DNA of 55,888 bases. It comes from Candidatus Delongbacteria bacterium. Its GTDB lineage: Bacteria; UBA4055. The position numbers were made by a program, and so were the translations under genes. The notes under the pieces are model-generated. The model was not told the origin of the DNA, did no database searches, and saw nothing but the letters and a program-made list of their open reading frames with translations. The stretch lies in contig SLFX01000108.1 of NCBI GenBank assembly GCA_007124045.1, forward strand, positions 1 through 55,888, written 5' to 3'. Shown here piece by piece: positions 1 to 9,842 of this stretch; position 1 is the first letter of the stretch; each line of letters starts with the position of its first letter.

Positions 1-2
1 CG

Positions 3-908
3 ATGATGGCGAATAATGCTATGAGAGCTGCAGGAAACACTCTTATTCCAAGCGTAGTTATGATGAGCTCGGTAATAGTGAACACAGTTCTTGATCCTCT
101 CTTGATATTCGGGATCGGCCCTTTTCCAAGACTTGAACTTCAGGGGGCCGCAATAGCTACAGTAGTAGCGAGAATGGCAACCTTTATAATTGCCCTTCTT
201 ATGCTGAGATTCAAATTTGATATGCTCTGTTTCAGACGGCCGTGCATGGATGAACTTTTTGAATCATGGAAGAAAGTTCTTTTTATCGGAATACCTGCGA
301 TGATAAATCAGTTCATCCCTCCTATCTCCATGGGAATCGTAACAAGACTTGTGGCCGGATATGGCAAGGAGGCGGTAGCAGGTTTTGGAGTAAGCACCAG
401 AATAGAGATGTTCTCGCTTGGGCCTATGATGGCACTGGCCACAGTGATGATAGCTTTCACGGGTCAGAATCTCGGAGCACGAAAATTTGACAGGATACTT
501 CAGGGTGTTAAATTCGGTAACAGGTTCTCGATGACACTCGGATTAGTTTTCTTTATTGTTCTTTCGTTTTTTGCCCGACCTGTCGCACTTCTTTTTAACA
601 GAGATCAATCAGTAGTTTCGGTAGTAGTTCTATATTTGTCTATAGTATCCGTTTCGTACGGTTCTATCGGAGTTGCGATGTCCGCCTCAAATAGTTTCAG
701 CGCACTTCATAAACCTTATACGGCAATTTTTGTAAATTTCATTAGAATGTTTGTCCTGCTTATACCTCTCTCAATCATGGGAGCGTATATTGCAGGTTTA
801 GCCGGGTTATTTACAGGTCTCTGCTTATCTTTTCTGGGTGGTGCATATTTTTCAGATTTCTGGCTTAAACGGACCGTCGGCAAAATGGCTCATACCAAAA
901 TCCTCTAA
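3..908 (+). CDS. MATE family efflux transporter, C-terminal portion (5' end outside window)
   Basis: ORF open to the left window edge. Polytopic hydrophobic protein with MATE-like segments (AMRAAGNTLIPS, LQGAAIATVVARM). 301 aa here versus roughly 450 aa typical for the family. Confidence 0.75.
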   Translation: MMANNAMRAAGNTLIPSVVMMSSVIVNTVLDPLLIFGIGPFPRLELQGAAIATVVARMATFIIALLMLRFKFDMLCFRRPCMDELFESWKKVLFIGIPAMINQFIPPISMGIVTRLVAGYGKEAVAGFGVSTRIEMFSLGPMMALATVMIAFTGQNLGARKFDRILQGVKFGNRFSMTLGLVFFIVLSFFARPVALLFNRDQSVVSVVVLYLSIVSVSYGSIGVAMSASNSFSALHKPYTAIFVNFIRMFVLLIPLSIMGAYIAGLAGLFTGLCLSFLGGAYFSDFWLKRTVGKMAHTKIL

Positions 909-2575
909 AACAAACCGTTTATGTTTCCCTGATTATCTATATCCATTTTGATCGCAGCAGGTTCTGACGGCAGTCCGGGCATACGCATGATCTCTCCTGT
1001 AATAGGTACAAGGAATCCTGCGCCTGATGATATCTGTATCTCGCGGACAGTGACTATAAAATCTTTCGGTCTGCCGAGAAGTTCGGGATTATCCGAAAGC
1101 GATTTCTGAGTCTTGGCTATACATACCGGCAGTTTATCAAGCTCAAGCTTTATTATCCTTTTAATGTCGTTCTTAGCCTGAGCGGTATAGTCTATGGCCT
1201 CGGCACCGTAAATAGTTTTCGCTATCTTTTCTATCTTCTTTTCGATCGGCCATTCCCATTCATAAAGAGGCGTGAATTCATTTATGCACAGATCGGCTGT
1301 TTTCTTCACGGCTTCCGCAAGCTCTATTCCGCCCTCTCCGCCTTTAGCCCAGACATCAGCCACGGCAGCTACCATGTGTCTGCTTTTAACAAAGTTTTTA
1401 ATAATATTGATCTCTTCGTCCGAGTCAGTATGGAATTTGTTTATCGCCACGACCGGGCAAATATTAAAGTGCTTCATGTTCTCCATATGTTTTTCAAGGT
1501 TGGCGAGACCTTTTTCGACCGCTGCCGGGTCAGGTAATGTAAGGTCTTTGAGCTTTGCCCCGCCGTGAAATTTAATAGCTCTGACTGTGGCTACAAGAAC
1601 GACCGCTTTGGGATTCAGACCTGCGGTACGGCACTTGATGTCGAAAAATTTCTCGGCGCCGAGGTCGAAACCGAAGCCCGCTTCGGTTACCACATAGTCT
1701 GAGAGCGACATTCCTGTCTTTGTCGCGATGATAGAGTTCGTACCCTGAGCTATGTTAGCGAACGGGCCGCCGTGTATTATGGCCGGATAGCCGCCGATGG
1801 TCTGGACAAGATTTGGCTTGACAGCGTCCTTCAAAAGTGCCGCCATTGCGCCGTTCGCTCCGAGGTCCCGCGCGAAAACAGGCTTTTTGGAGTGCGTGTA
1901 TCCTATGAATATATTACCGAGCCTTTTTTTAAGGTCGGCGATATCACTGCTCAGGCACAATATGGCCATCACCTCAGATGCAGCGGTGATATCGAAACCC
2001 GTTTCTCTCGGAATACTGTTCTTCGTACCTCCCAGACCGATCACTATATCCCTCAAAGAGCGATCGTTCATGTCCATAACTCTTCGCCAGCTGACAGTTC
2101 TTGAATCAAGGTCTATCGCACTTTTTTTATTCTGAAGTTCGTTGTCTATAAGCGCCGCCAGCAGATTGTTAGCCTTCTCGACAGCTGACATATCACCGGT
2201 AAAATGCAGGTTTATATCTTCCATCGGAAGTACCTGTGCGTAACCGCCGCCGGCCGCTCCGCCCTTGACTCCGAAAACAGGTCCGAGAGAAGGCTCGCGA
2301 AGAACCACGGTCGCTTTCGCTCCGATCATATTAAGTGCCTGCGAGAGACCGATAGATATGGTCGTTTTTCCCTCTCCGGCGGGGGTCGGAGTAATTGCCG
2401 AAACAAGTATAAGCTTTGATTTTTTAACCTTTTCTTCATCAATCAGTTTAAGCGGTAGTTTTGCTTTGTACTTACCGTAATACTCAAGATCACTTTCGGT
2501 TATTCCGATCTTTGCAGCAATTTTCGAAATATGTTCAGTCTGCGATGATTTGGCTATGTCTAGATCTGTCGGCAT
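905..2575 (-). CDS. fhs: formate--tetrahydrofolate ligase
   Basis: 556 aa, colinear with Fhs as I know it, including the nucleotide-binding loop TPTPAGEGKTT. AAGGAG lies a few nt upstream of the ATG. Confidence 0.95.
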   Translation of the reverse strand: MPTDLDIAKSSQTEHISKIAAKIGITESDLEYYGKYKAKLPLKLIDEEKVKKSKLILVSAITPTPAGEGKTTISIGLSQALNMIGAKATVVLREPSLGPVFGVKGGAAGGGYAQVLPMEDINLHFTGDMSAVEKANNLLAALIDNELQNKKSAIDLDSRTVSWRRVMDMNDRSLRDIVIGLGGTKNSIPRETGFDITAASEVMAILCLSSDIADLKKRLGNIFIGYTHSKKPVFARDLGANGAMAALLKDAVKPNLVQTIGGYPAIIHGGPFANIAQGTNSIIATKTGMSLSDYVVTEAGFGFDLGAEKFFDIKCRTAGLNPKAVVLVATVRAIKFHGGAKLKDLTLPDPAAVEKGLANLEKHMENMKHFNICPVVAINKFHTDSDEEINIIKNFVKSRHMVAAVADVWAKGGEGGIELAEAVKKTADLCINEFTPLYEWEWPIEKKIEKIAKTIYGAEAIDYTAQAKNDIKRIIKLELDKLPVCIAKTQKSLSDNPELLGRPKDFIVTVREIQISSGAGFLVPITGEIMRMPGLPSEPAAIKMDIDNQGNINGLF

Positions 2576-2702
2576 AATTACTCCTTGTTTTTCAACATTC
2601 TGATTAACCTGTGTAATATAACAAATTTTATTTTGATTTGTGTAAGTTTTTACTTATATTTGTAACTGTTTTGATCAATATTACGAGACATAAGGCGGCA
2701 AA

Positions 2703-3746
2703 ATGAAGTTCGAAGGCAGACAATACCACTCTCTATGGTATGAGAATGATAAAATCAAAATTATTGACCAGCGTTTTCTTCCTGAAGAATTCAGAATAAT
2801 CAGTCTTTCTACCTGCGAAGAGGTAATTGAAGCTATAAAAAACATGGCTTTGAGAGGTGCACCTTTGATCGGAGTGGCATCAGCCTACGGGACTTATTTT
2901 GCTTACAGGCAGTGTTTTAGTGCAAAGTATCCGGAGGAATGTTACATTTCACTTGTGGAAAAGCTCAAAAATGCCAGACCCACTGCTGTTAATCTTGTAT
3001 GGGCTGTTGAACAGATAAACAGACTGATACTCTCAGGGCTTGAGCTTGAAAGAATTCTTTCAATGGTAAAAAATCTCGAAAATAACGAGATAAAATGCTG
3101 CAAAAAGATCGGAGAGAACGGTTCTGTGCTTTTAAAACATATTGCAATGGCGAAAAAAGACGGAAATATTAATGTACTTACCCACTGCAATGCAGGATGG
3201 CTGGCAACTGTTGATATCGGCACTGCCTCTGCACCAATTTTCAATGCAAGGGATAATGAACTTGATGTTCATGTCTGGATCGGCGAAACAAGGCCGAGAA
3301 ACCAGGGGGGAAAACTGACTGCATGGGAATACTTTCACGAGAATATCGCCCATACGGTGGTATCGGATAATTCTGTAGGACACCTCATGCAGAAGGGAAT
3401 GGTGGATATTGTCATTACCGGCGCGGACAGGATTGCCAAAAACGGAGATACTGCCAACAAGGTGGGAACTTATCTCAGAGCTCTCGCGGCAAAGCACAAT
3501 AAAATACCTTTTTACATTGCAGCGCCTCTTTCTACAGTTGATTTTTCTCTGAGAAGCGGAGAACAGATACATATCGAGGAAAGAGACGAGAACGAACTGA
3601 AATATATAGGCGAAACTCCTTTAATCCACGAACTTTCACCTGTTATGAATCACGCTTTCGATATTACTCCGGCTGAACTTATAACCGGCTTTATTACTGA
3701 AAGAGGTATAATCGACCCTAAAGACATAAAAAGGCTTTCATTATGA
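2703..3746 (+). CDS. mtnA: S-methyl-5-thioribose-1-phosphate isomerase (eIF-2B alpha/beta/delta-like family)
   Basis: 347 aa with family motifs LRGAPLIGVASAYG, THCNAGWLAT, ETRPRNQGGKLTAWE and GADRIAKNGDTANKVGTY. Confidence 0.85.
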   Translation: MKFEGRQYHSLWYENDKIKIIDQRFLPEEFRIISLSTCEEVIEAIKNMALRGAPLIGVASAYGTYFAYRQCFSAKYPEECYISLVEKLKNARPTAVNLVWAVEQINRLILSGLELERILSMVKNLENNEIKCCKKIGENGSVLLKHIAMAKKDGNINVLTHCNAGWLATVDIGTASAPIFNARDNELDVHVWIGETRPRNQGGKLTAWEYFHENIAHTVVSDNSVGHLMQKGMVDIVITGADRIAKNGDTANKVGTYLRALAAKHNKIPFYIAAPLSTVDFSLRSGEQIHIEERDENELKYIGETPLIHELSPVMNHAFDITPAELITGFITERGIIDPKDIKRLSL

Positions 3747-4282
3747 AAAAACTGATGCTTCCTGAAAAAGGCATTGTGTGTGCCTGTATTAAAACTTCTA
3801 TGGGATGGCTCGCTTACGCAGTCAGTTCAAAAGGGTTAAAAGAGTGCAGATTCATGTTCGAAACGAAAAAAGATGCTGAAGATACCCTCAAAGCCATTTT
3901 TAATGAAAACGAACTTCACTCTGACGAATCGGTCTCGGAGAAATGGTCGGAGCTTTTTGTAAAATATTTTGCCGGAAAGTTAAAATCATTCGCAAAAACA
4001 CCTCTGGACACATCATCCTGGACGGATTTTTCTAAAAAGGTGTACGGAGCCGTCAAAAGCATCCCTTACGGCAGAACGGCCTCTTACGGTGCCGTAGCGT
4101 CGTATCTCGGTAACGAGAAAGCATCAAGGGCTGTCGGCAATGCACTAAAAAGAAATCCAGTCCCGCCGATTGTACCGTGTCACAGAGTAATAGCTGCAGA
4201 CAAAGAACTGTGCGGTTTTTCTGCCAACGGCGGTCTTGATCTTAAGCTGAAGATGATAGAAATGGAGAGATCGAACCCTTGA
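3743..4282 (+). CDS. ogt: methylated-DNA--protein-cysteine methyltransferase
   Basis: 179 aa with the active-site PCHRV motif preceded by IPYGRTASYG and ASRAVGNALKRNP. ATGA start/stop overlap with mtnA. Confidence 0.85.
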   Translation: MKKLMLPEKGIVCACIKTSMGWLAYAVSSKGLKECRFMFETKKDAEDTLKAIFNENELHSDESVSEKWSELFVKYFAGKLKSFAKTPLDTSSWTDFSKKVYGAVKSIPYGRTASYGAVASYLGNEKASRAVGNALKRNPVPPIVPCHRVIAADKELCGFSANGGLDLKLKMIEMERSNP

Positions 4283-4289
4283 TCTCAAA

Positions 4290-4316
4290 TTAAAAAGGGC
4301 GGAATCATCCGCCCTT
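4290..4316 (-). terminator. Rho-independent terminator of module copy 1 (possibly also serving convergent ogt)
   Basis: Perfect 8-bp stem aagggcgg/ccgccctt (4295-4302 and 4309-4316) with a 6-nt loop. On the minus strand it is followed by a T-run. The plus-strand tail is weak. Confidence 0.5.
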
Positions 4317-4337
4317 ACATTTAGCACTCCAAAACCT

Positions 4338-5084
4338 CTACACGAATGTCTGATCGTCGAACTGCTTTTCTTTCTTAATGAACTTAAAGTAAACTATAAG
4401 GAAAGCGATAATTATAAGCGAGGAAATGACAGATTCGAAAGGATGATCTACCAGCACAAGTGTTCTGTCAATAAAGAGTGCGACCCTGCCCATAACAGTA
4501 GAACCGAAAGCTGCTCCGAAGAAAATCATCATGATAACAATACCCGCCCTTGCAGTTTTACCCAGTATGCCTTTGTGCGGTTTTGAGAAGAAAAAGTACA
4601 TTAGTGCCGAGAAAGTACCAAATATTATTACGAACCACTTTGATGATTCGTAAAGTGATCCCTGATTTAACGGCTGCATCAGGTTTGTACTCTGCCTGAG
4701 TACATTCTGTACGGTTATCGGGATAACATATCCTGCAGCATATCCGAAGAAAAAACCGTAGTAATAGTTTGCCACCCATCCTCTTTTTCTGGAAAACCTG
4801 AAGAACATTGTAAGTGCAAGAAGGAACCATAGAATTATAAAAATATCGGACGCTTTAAATTCTATGATCATATCATTAATAGGCATGATAAAAAAAGGTC
4901 TGATAACATAGTTCCACGACATAAGCCATCCGTATCCGAGAGAAACACCTATAAAAATATTTTCACCTATTTTATAAAGAGGATTATCCCTGTAGAGAAA
5001 TGACATTATCATCAGAGTGGCAAGAACAGGCATCCATCTGAAGAAAAAATTATTAAGAAATATCGAGTCAAGTAGTGCGTCCAT
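4338..5084 (-). CDS. uncharacterised polytopic membrane protein, module subunit D (copy 1)
   Basis: 248 aa with about 7 hydrophobic segments. Paralogue of 33906-34664, sharing the run SKWFVIIFGTF(S/C)ALMYFFFSKPHKGILG. Its start overlaps the stop of subunit C (TAATG). Confidence 0.8.
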   Translation of the reverse strand: MDALLDSIFLNNFFFRWMPVLATLMIMSFLYRDNPLYKIGENIFIGVSLGYGWLMSWNYVIRPFFIMPINDMIIEFKASDIFIILWFLLALTMFFRFSRKRGWVANYYYGFFFGYAAGYVIPITVQNVLRQSTNLMQPLNQGSLYESSKWFVIIFGTFSALMYFFFSKPHKGILGKTARAGIVIMMIFFGAAFGSTVMGRVALFIDRTLVLVDHPFESVISSLIIIAFLIVYFKFIKKEKQFDDQTFV

Positions 5085-5929
5085 TATGATCTCCTGTTCT
5101 TTTTTTCAATAAAATATACAATATTACCGATCAGTACGAATCCGAAGACTACAAGATGTGAAAGTGTAAGGGAAGCCATTCCCCTGGTGGCAGTATCGTA
5201 ATAACCCGGTCCGTCAGGATCATATTTTTCCGATACCATCATCTCATATTCAGCCGCTCCGCGCAATCCGAAACTCAAACCCGTCAGCTGACCTGTCTGA
5301 ATAAACGGTATGTAGTCGGGCCCCATGACAGCGGTAACAGCAAGTCCGAGAGTATATCCAAATCTGATCTGCATATCCACCCATGTAAAATGCCATCCCG
5401 AACCAGACAAGCCGAGTATGAATCCGATGTCATTTATAGTTTCTACGCCGTCGAAAATAACACCTTCTTTTTTGAAGGTTCCTTTATAATCTGTGGACAT
5501 ACTGAATATCATAATATCTGAACTTATGGGTATCCATTCCATGTGTATATAATCAACCCCTTCCCGCAGGTGTGCGAATTCATCTTCGGCCGTTATCTCG
5601 GCTACAGCATCTTTTCCAAGACCTATACCCATGAGCGTGGCATAGTAAATAAAGACCTTAAGTTCTTTTTTCATGCAGTGCCTGAAAAATGCCTTGAAGA
5701 AAGGAACAAGTTCAGCCTTTACTGAAGGGTCGAAAGCCCAGTCAATATGTACCGCATCACCCTTTTCAAGAGATTCAATATAATTGAATATATACTCAGT
5801 CTCTTTTGTGCTGCTTACCGGGAATCTCAAAAATTCTGTTCCCGGAAGAAAGGGAATGAGGATTGAAAGAAATACCAAAAGGTATATGATCCTTCTGTCA
5901 ATTTTCTTTATTTTTTCATAAAATTTCAT
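5084..5929 (-). CDS. uncharacterised protein with N- and C-terminal TM helices, module subunit C (copy 1)
   Basis: 281 aa. It has an N-terminal anchor (IIYLLVFLSILIPFL), a soluble middle and a C-terminal TM followed by a basic tail. Paralogue of 34676-35518. Confidence 0.8.
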   Translation of the reverse strand: MKFYEKIKKIDRRIIYLLVFLSILIPFLPGTEFLRFPVSSTKETEYIFNYIESLEKGDAVHIDWAFDPSVKAELVPFFKAFFRHCMKKELKVFIYYATLMGIGLGKDAVAEITAEDEFAHLREGVDYIHMEWIPISSDIMIFSMSTDYKGTFKKEGVIFDGVETINDIGFILGLSGSGWHFTWVDMQIRFGYTLGLAVTAVMGPDYIPFIQTGQLTGLSFGLRGAAEYEMMVSEKYDPDGPGYYDTATRGMASLTLSHLVVFGFVLIGNIVYFIEKKNRRS

Positions 5930-5949
5930 TTTACACCCGATCCTTAATT

Positions 5950-6564
5950 TTATTCAGACAAATGAGCTCGTTCAAGCCCGAAGAAAATTCTAATGAACAT
6001 CGTTATAGATCCCAGATAACCACCGAATATGATCGCCCTTCTGCCCGCACTCGATGGCGCGTCCAGTATCCATTCGCCAAAAAGCGGGATCTTGTCCCAT
6101 ATTGCCTCACCGAGAGGTATCTTTCCCATCATCACGATCACCGAGGCGACCAGAAGTACGGCTGATTCAAGTGACTTGGCCTTGAACGATCTGTATGCTG
6201 CTGACGCGATGTAAAAAGCCAGCAGCGAGAATACCGTTGCCTGAAAAGGAACATAAACATTCATGAACATTGACATGAACGGAGTTCCCGGACTCATCCC
6301 TCTTTTCGCTCCGAGAAAAAGCATCAGTAATATCATTGATATTCTCAGAAACGAATAATATCTTTCGTTATTGTATTTAATTTTCATATACATCTGTCTC
6401 GAAACAGAGTAAATGGATATCATTACTCCTACAACTCCGCCTATCCTTAATCCGTTCGCAAAGAAAAGCTTCAGGTTTTCATAGAAAAGACCGGCGATGA
6501 AAAACTCTGTGTACCAGATCACTCCCGCTACAAGTCCCATAAAAATTGGTATTTCTTTTTTCAT
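5950..6564 (-). CDS. uncharacterised polytopic membrane protein, module subunit B (copy 1)
   Basis: 204 aa. An ungapped hand alignment to 35537-36151 gives about 121/204 identical residues, including an identical C-terminus FGLERAHLSE. Confidence 0.8.
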   Translation of the reverse strand: MKKEIPIFMGLVAGVIWYTEFFIAGLFYENLKLFFANGLRIGGVVGVMISIYSVSRQMYMKIKYNNERYYSFLRISMILLMLFLGAKRGMSPGTPFMSMFMNVYVPFQATVFSLLAFYIASAAYRSFKAKSLESAVLLVASVIVMMGKIPLGEAIWDKIPLFGEWILDAPSSAGRRAIIFGGYLGSITMFIRIFFGLERAHLSE

Positions 6565-6589
6565 AATTCTGATTCCTCAGATTTAAGTT

Positions 6590-8488
6590 TTACTTAGTGT
6601 CCAGAAGGTCCGCGATCCATGTCCATTCAGCATTAATAGTAAGAAGTATAGTGCCGAGCAGAAACAAAAATCCGAACAGTATTTTACCATAGTCGGAGAG
6701 TTTCAGATTTGAAAGAACCTGAGCATCTCTTGAAAGATAAGCGGCGGCGGCGTAAAGCTCTTCTCCTATAAGAGTATAATCGCATGCCGTAATGAAGAAC
6801 GGTAACTGTGAAGCGTCAACAGTTCCTGCCACCTGTATAGCTCCGGCAGCGTAACCGGCCTCGGCGATAAGAAGAGATTCGGCCGCATAAGTTCCAAAAT
6901 GGAATGCGGAAGCAGGTTTCAGTCTGGAGATCAGACCTGACAGGCCCGCAGCAAAAGCAAACTGATCCGAAACCATAAAGAAACAGTTGGTCTTTTTATG
7001 ATCTTCCGGATAACCTGCGTCAAGAAACCCCGAACTTACCATTTCTTCGGCGACCTGAAGAACGATAGGGTCATAAGCAGGATAAACTATCTCCGCTTTG
7101 AATTCAGCCACTTTTTTGGAAACATTCCTCAGAATAAGCATACTTGCTATTGTCTGCGGATTTGTAAATGCTCCAAGACCGGAATCATAAATGATCGGTT
7201 TTCCCATCTCTGTCGCTCTTCCGACGGCATCGTCAATTGCATCAAGACCAGGTATTCTTCTGATGAATATTGAATCTCTCTTTTTTCTGACAGTTATAAA
7301 AACATAGAAGAAAAGTATGAAGAACATCAGAGAACCGATTAGAACATTAAGTCTGTATGTCCTGAATCCCCTTTCCGCTGCGAACCTTGAATAAACCCTC
7401 ATTCTTGAGTGGAGATCATGATAAAATTTTATTCTGAGTATATTTCTGAAAAAAGGCTCAAGTTCAGGATCGCCTGTTTTTATTTTGTTTATGAGTTCTG
7501 CATTAATATCGTATATGCCCGGATGAGTCATATACCTTGAAGTAATAGACATCAGCCTAACAACTTCATCAGTCTTGACCTTGTCAATGTTGACTTTCCT
7601 TGCTTCTATCCACTGATCGTAATAAAAGGATTCAAGATCTCTGTCACCTGCCTCAATAGCCTCTCTCCGGAGTTTATACATCTCGTCTATATTGGCCCTG
7701 ATCATCTCCCTATATTCATCTTCCCTTGAATTTACATATCCGGCAATTATACCCGCTATTTCCTCGAGACCTTCTTTGACCTCGGGAGCAACATAAAGGA
7801 AGTACAGTCTTTTATCAGTAAGTCTTGTCGTTTCACTGTAAACTCTGTCAAGCATTTCGTCCCAGCCGATGCTGAGTCTCCTGATATTCCTGTAGATGTT
7901 TCTGATCTCTGTCGCTGTCGAAGCTGTAATTCCTGAGTTCGCACCCCGCATCAGATAATCTTCAATCACATCGAGCCTGCCAATATCCATTTGATCTGCA
8001 TAACCCAGAAGTGAAGGATTCTTCTGATTTCCGGAAAGTTCGTTCTCTATTCTTTCCAGTTCATCACTGATCAGTCCTTTGTAAAATTCGTCTTGTATCA
8101 GCGGATAAACAACACTATACAGTTCACCGAGCCTTTCCATATCACTTCTGTTGGATTCATCAGGGTCTGCTCCTGATCTGTAAAATGAGTTCACATACGA
8201 AGTCACTCTGGGTAGAAGAACCTCGTAGTCTCTGGAGACATCCCAGTCTTCGTAGATCTGCATGAATCTCTCAGCTGCTTTCTTACAGAGAATCTCCTCT
8301 TCTGTGAGTTCTTCTTCAGCCTGATAATGCTCAGTCTCAGACTCTCCTTCAGTTTCAGCCGGCTCAATGTCACCGGCCTCTTCCGCGATTTCAACTGCAT
8401 GACCCTCAGCTTCGGCCATCTCTTCCTGAGACCACAATATCGCGGCAGAAAAAAGGACAGTCAGCATGATAATAAGAAATCTTCTCAT
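6590..8488 (-). CDS. uncharacterised large membrane protein, module subunit A (copy 1)
   Basis: The ORF extends to a GTG at 8542. ATG 8488 gives a canonical signal peptide (MRRFLIIMLTVLFSAAILW), matching the paralogue's start. It has an acidic/coiled-coil N-terminal region, a TM, then a conserved ~260 aa C-terminal domain (IPGLDAIDDAVGRATEMGKPI ... FFITACDYTLIGEELYAAAAY). Confidence 0.75.
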   Translation of the reverse strand: MRRFLIIMLTVLFSAAILWSQEEMAEAEGHAVEIAEEAGDIEPAETEGESETEHYQAEEELTEEEILCKKAAERFMQIYEDWDVSRDYEVLLPRVTSYVNSFYRSGADPDESNRSDMERLGELYSVVYPLIQDEFYKGLISDELERIENELSGNQKNPSLLGYADQMDIGRLDVIEDYLMRGANSGITASTATEIRNIYRNIRRLSIGWDEMLDRVYSETTRLTDKRLYFLYVAPEVKEGLEEIAGIIAGYVNSREDEYREMIRANIDEMYKLRREAIEAGDRDLESFYYDQWIEARKVNIDKVKTDEVVRLMSITSRYMTHPGIYDINAELINKIKTGDPELEPFFRNILRIKFYHDLHSRMRVYSRFAAERGFRTYRLNVLIGSLMFFILFFYVFITVRKKRDSIFIRRIPGLDAIDDAVGRATEMGKPIIYDSGLGAFTNPQTIASMLILRNVSKKVAEFKAEIVYPAYDPIVLQVAEEMVSSGFLDAGYPEDHKKTNCFFMVSDQFAFAAGLSGLISRLKPASAFHFGTYAAESLLIAEAGYAAGAIQVAGTVDASQLPFFITACDYTLIGEELYAAAAYLSRDAQVLSNLKLSDYGKILFGFLFLLGTILLTINAEWTWIADLLDTK

Positions 8489-8569
8489 AGTCACCTTTTC
8501 CGTTCTTATATTTATTTCTGATATTTTATTGCAAACCTTCACACATCACCTCAAATTCACGAATAGGTG

Positions 8570-8598
8570 ATTATATGAAACCATCCTAAAAAAATCAA
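8570..8598 (-). promoter_or_regulatory. candidate sigma70-type promoter of module copy 1
   Basis: The minus strand reads TTGATT, a 17-nt spacer, then TATAAT. It lies in the 75-bp intergenic gap upstream of subunit A. Confidence 0.4.
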
Positions 8599-8617
8599 CC
8601 TTTAAATAAATAAATTT

Positions 8618-9781
8618 TTATCGGTAAAAACCGATCCTGTAAACATAGATCTCGTTATCGTCCCTGTTGAAAACAAACAACAGATCGCCCTTTATCGTCT
8701 TTTCGAAACCGTCTTCATTATAATAGAAGTCAGATCCTTCGGCATTAAGATCAACAGTGTTCAGATATACTCCATCTTTAAATACATCCAGAATAAAATT
8801 GAAGATATCGTTTTCTGTTCTTCTCCTTCCGGCTTCGACAAGAAGATATCCGTCTTTATGAAAATAAATTTCCTTCACGGCTTTTTTTGTTCTTATTCGC
8901 GAAGGGTCCACCTGTCTCCATCTGAATCTGGATTCAAGAGCTTTCATCATATGTTCTCTTTCAATATCCGAATATTGTACTCTCGCATGATTTTTTCTGA
9001 TCTCGGAGACCTTGTTACCCGAATAGTCAAAAACCTCTATCAGATATCTCATATCGGAGTTTTCAGCCACAAAAATATTACCGTCCCCGAAAGTAAACTT
9101 ATTTATATGGTCTTCAGGAATAAAATCCCTGAAATCCACTTCCGTCTGTTCAGATACAAGTTCAGTAATTTTTTCGAAATTTCCGTTAAGGATTGACAGA
9201 CTGTAATTTATGCTCATGGCGCCGCCGCTTCTGCCTCCCGAACGCCCGAAAAGTATCCCTGCAAAATTTCCGTCCCCGATACTTACAAGAGTTTGCGGTA
9301 GACCATTTTCACGCAAAGGAACAATATCTTTAATGAAATTTCCGTCTCTGTCAAAAGTAATCACTTTACGCTGCCTCTGATCTGAAATATAAACAGTGTC
9401 GGAGTAACACAATATCTCAATCGGGGCTGTCATTTCCCCGGGGCCCGTCCCTCTTTCCCCAAAACGGTTTAAAAACGATCCGGAACTGTCATACTTGAAT
9501 ACCGAAGCTCTTCTTCTATCAAGAATATATATGTTTCCATCGTCATCCAGATCTATAGATGTTATGTTGCGTATTACATCCGTAGTATCGCCGGTATCCT
9601 GATTCAGGATGAAAAGAAGTTCTGTTTCTACTTTCAGATCTCTGTCAGAAGGATAGTTGCCGTTCCTGTAAACCGTAATGCCGTTAACAATCTCCACGCT
9701 TCCAGTCTGATCAGGAACGCAGGAATGAAGTAATATCAGACTTAATATCCAAACGAGTATCTTTATTTTTTTTAACAGCAT
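8618..9781 (-). CDS. 6-bladed beta-propeller (NHL-like) lipoprotein, putative
   Basis: 387 aa with signal peptide plus Cys (LILLHSC). It has repeated blade-like segments such as IYILDRRRASVFKYDSSGSFLNRFGERGTGPGEM. Confidence 0.55.
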   Translation of the reverse strand: MLLKKIKILVWILSLILLHSCVPDQTGSVEIVNGITVYRNGNYPSDRDLKVETELLFILNQDTGDTTDVIRNITSIDLDDDGNIYILDRRRASVFKYDSSGSFLNRFGERGTGPGEMTAPIEILCYSDTVYISDQRQRKVITFDRDGNFIKDIVPLRENGLPQTLVSIGDGNFAGILFGRSGGRSGGAMSINYSLSILNGNFEKITELVSEQTEVDFRDFIPEDHINKFTFGDGNIFVAENSDMRYLIEVFDYSGNKVSEIRKNHARVQYSDIEREHMMKALESRFRWRQVDPSRIRTKKAVKEIYFHKDGYLLVEAGRRRTENDIFNFILDVFKDGVYLNTVDLNAEGSDFYYNEDGFEKTIKGDLLFVFNRDDNEIYVYRIGFYR

Positions 9782-9842
9782 CTCAGCCCTGTAGTTTTTA
9801 GAGTTAACGGAATAAAACGAATTTTATTTTTCATTTGAGAAA

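Noticed and set aside
8489-8542. GTG-initiated 18-codon N-terminal extension of subunit A (copy 1)
   Set aside because: The extension (MKVCNKISEINIRTEKVT) precedes a canonical signal peptide that starts at ATG 8488. The paralogue starts directly with its signal peptide.
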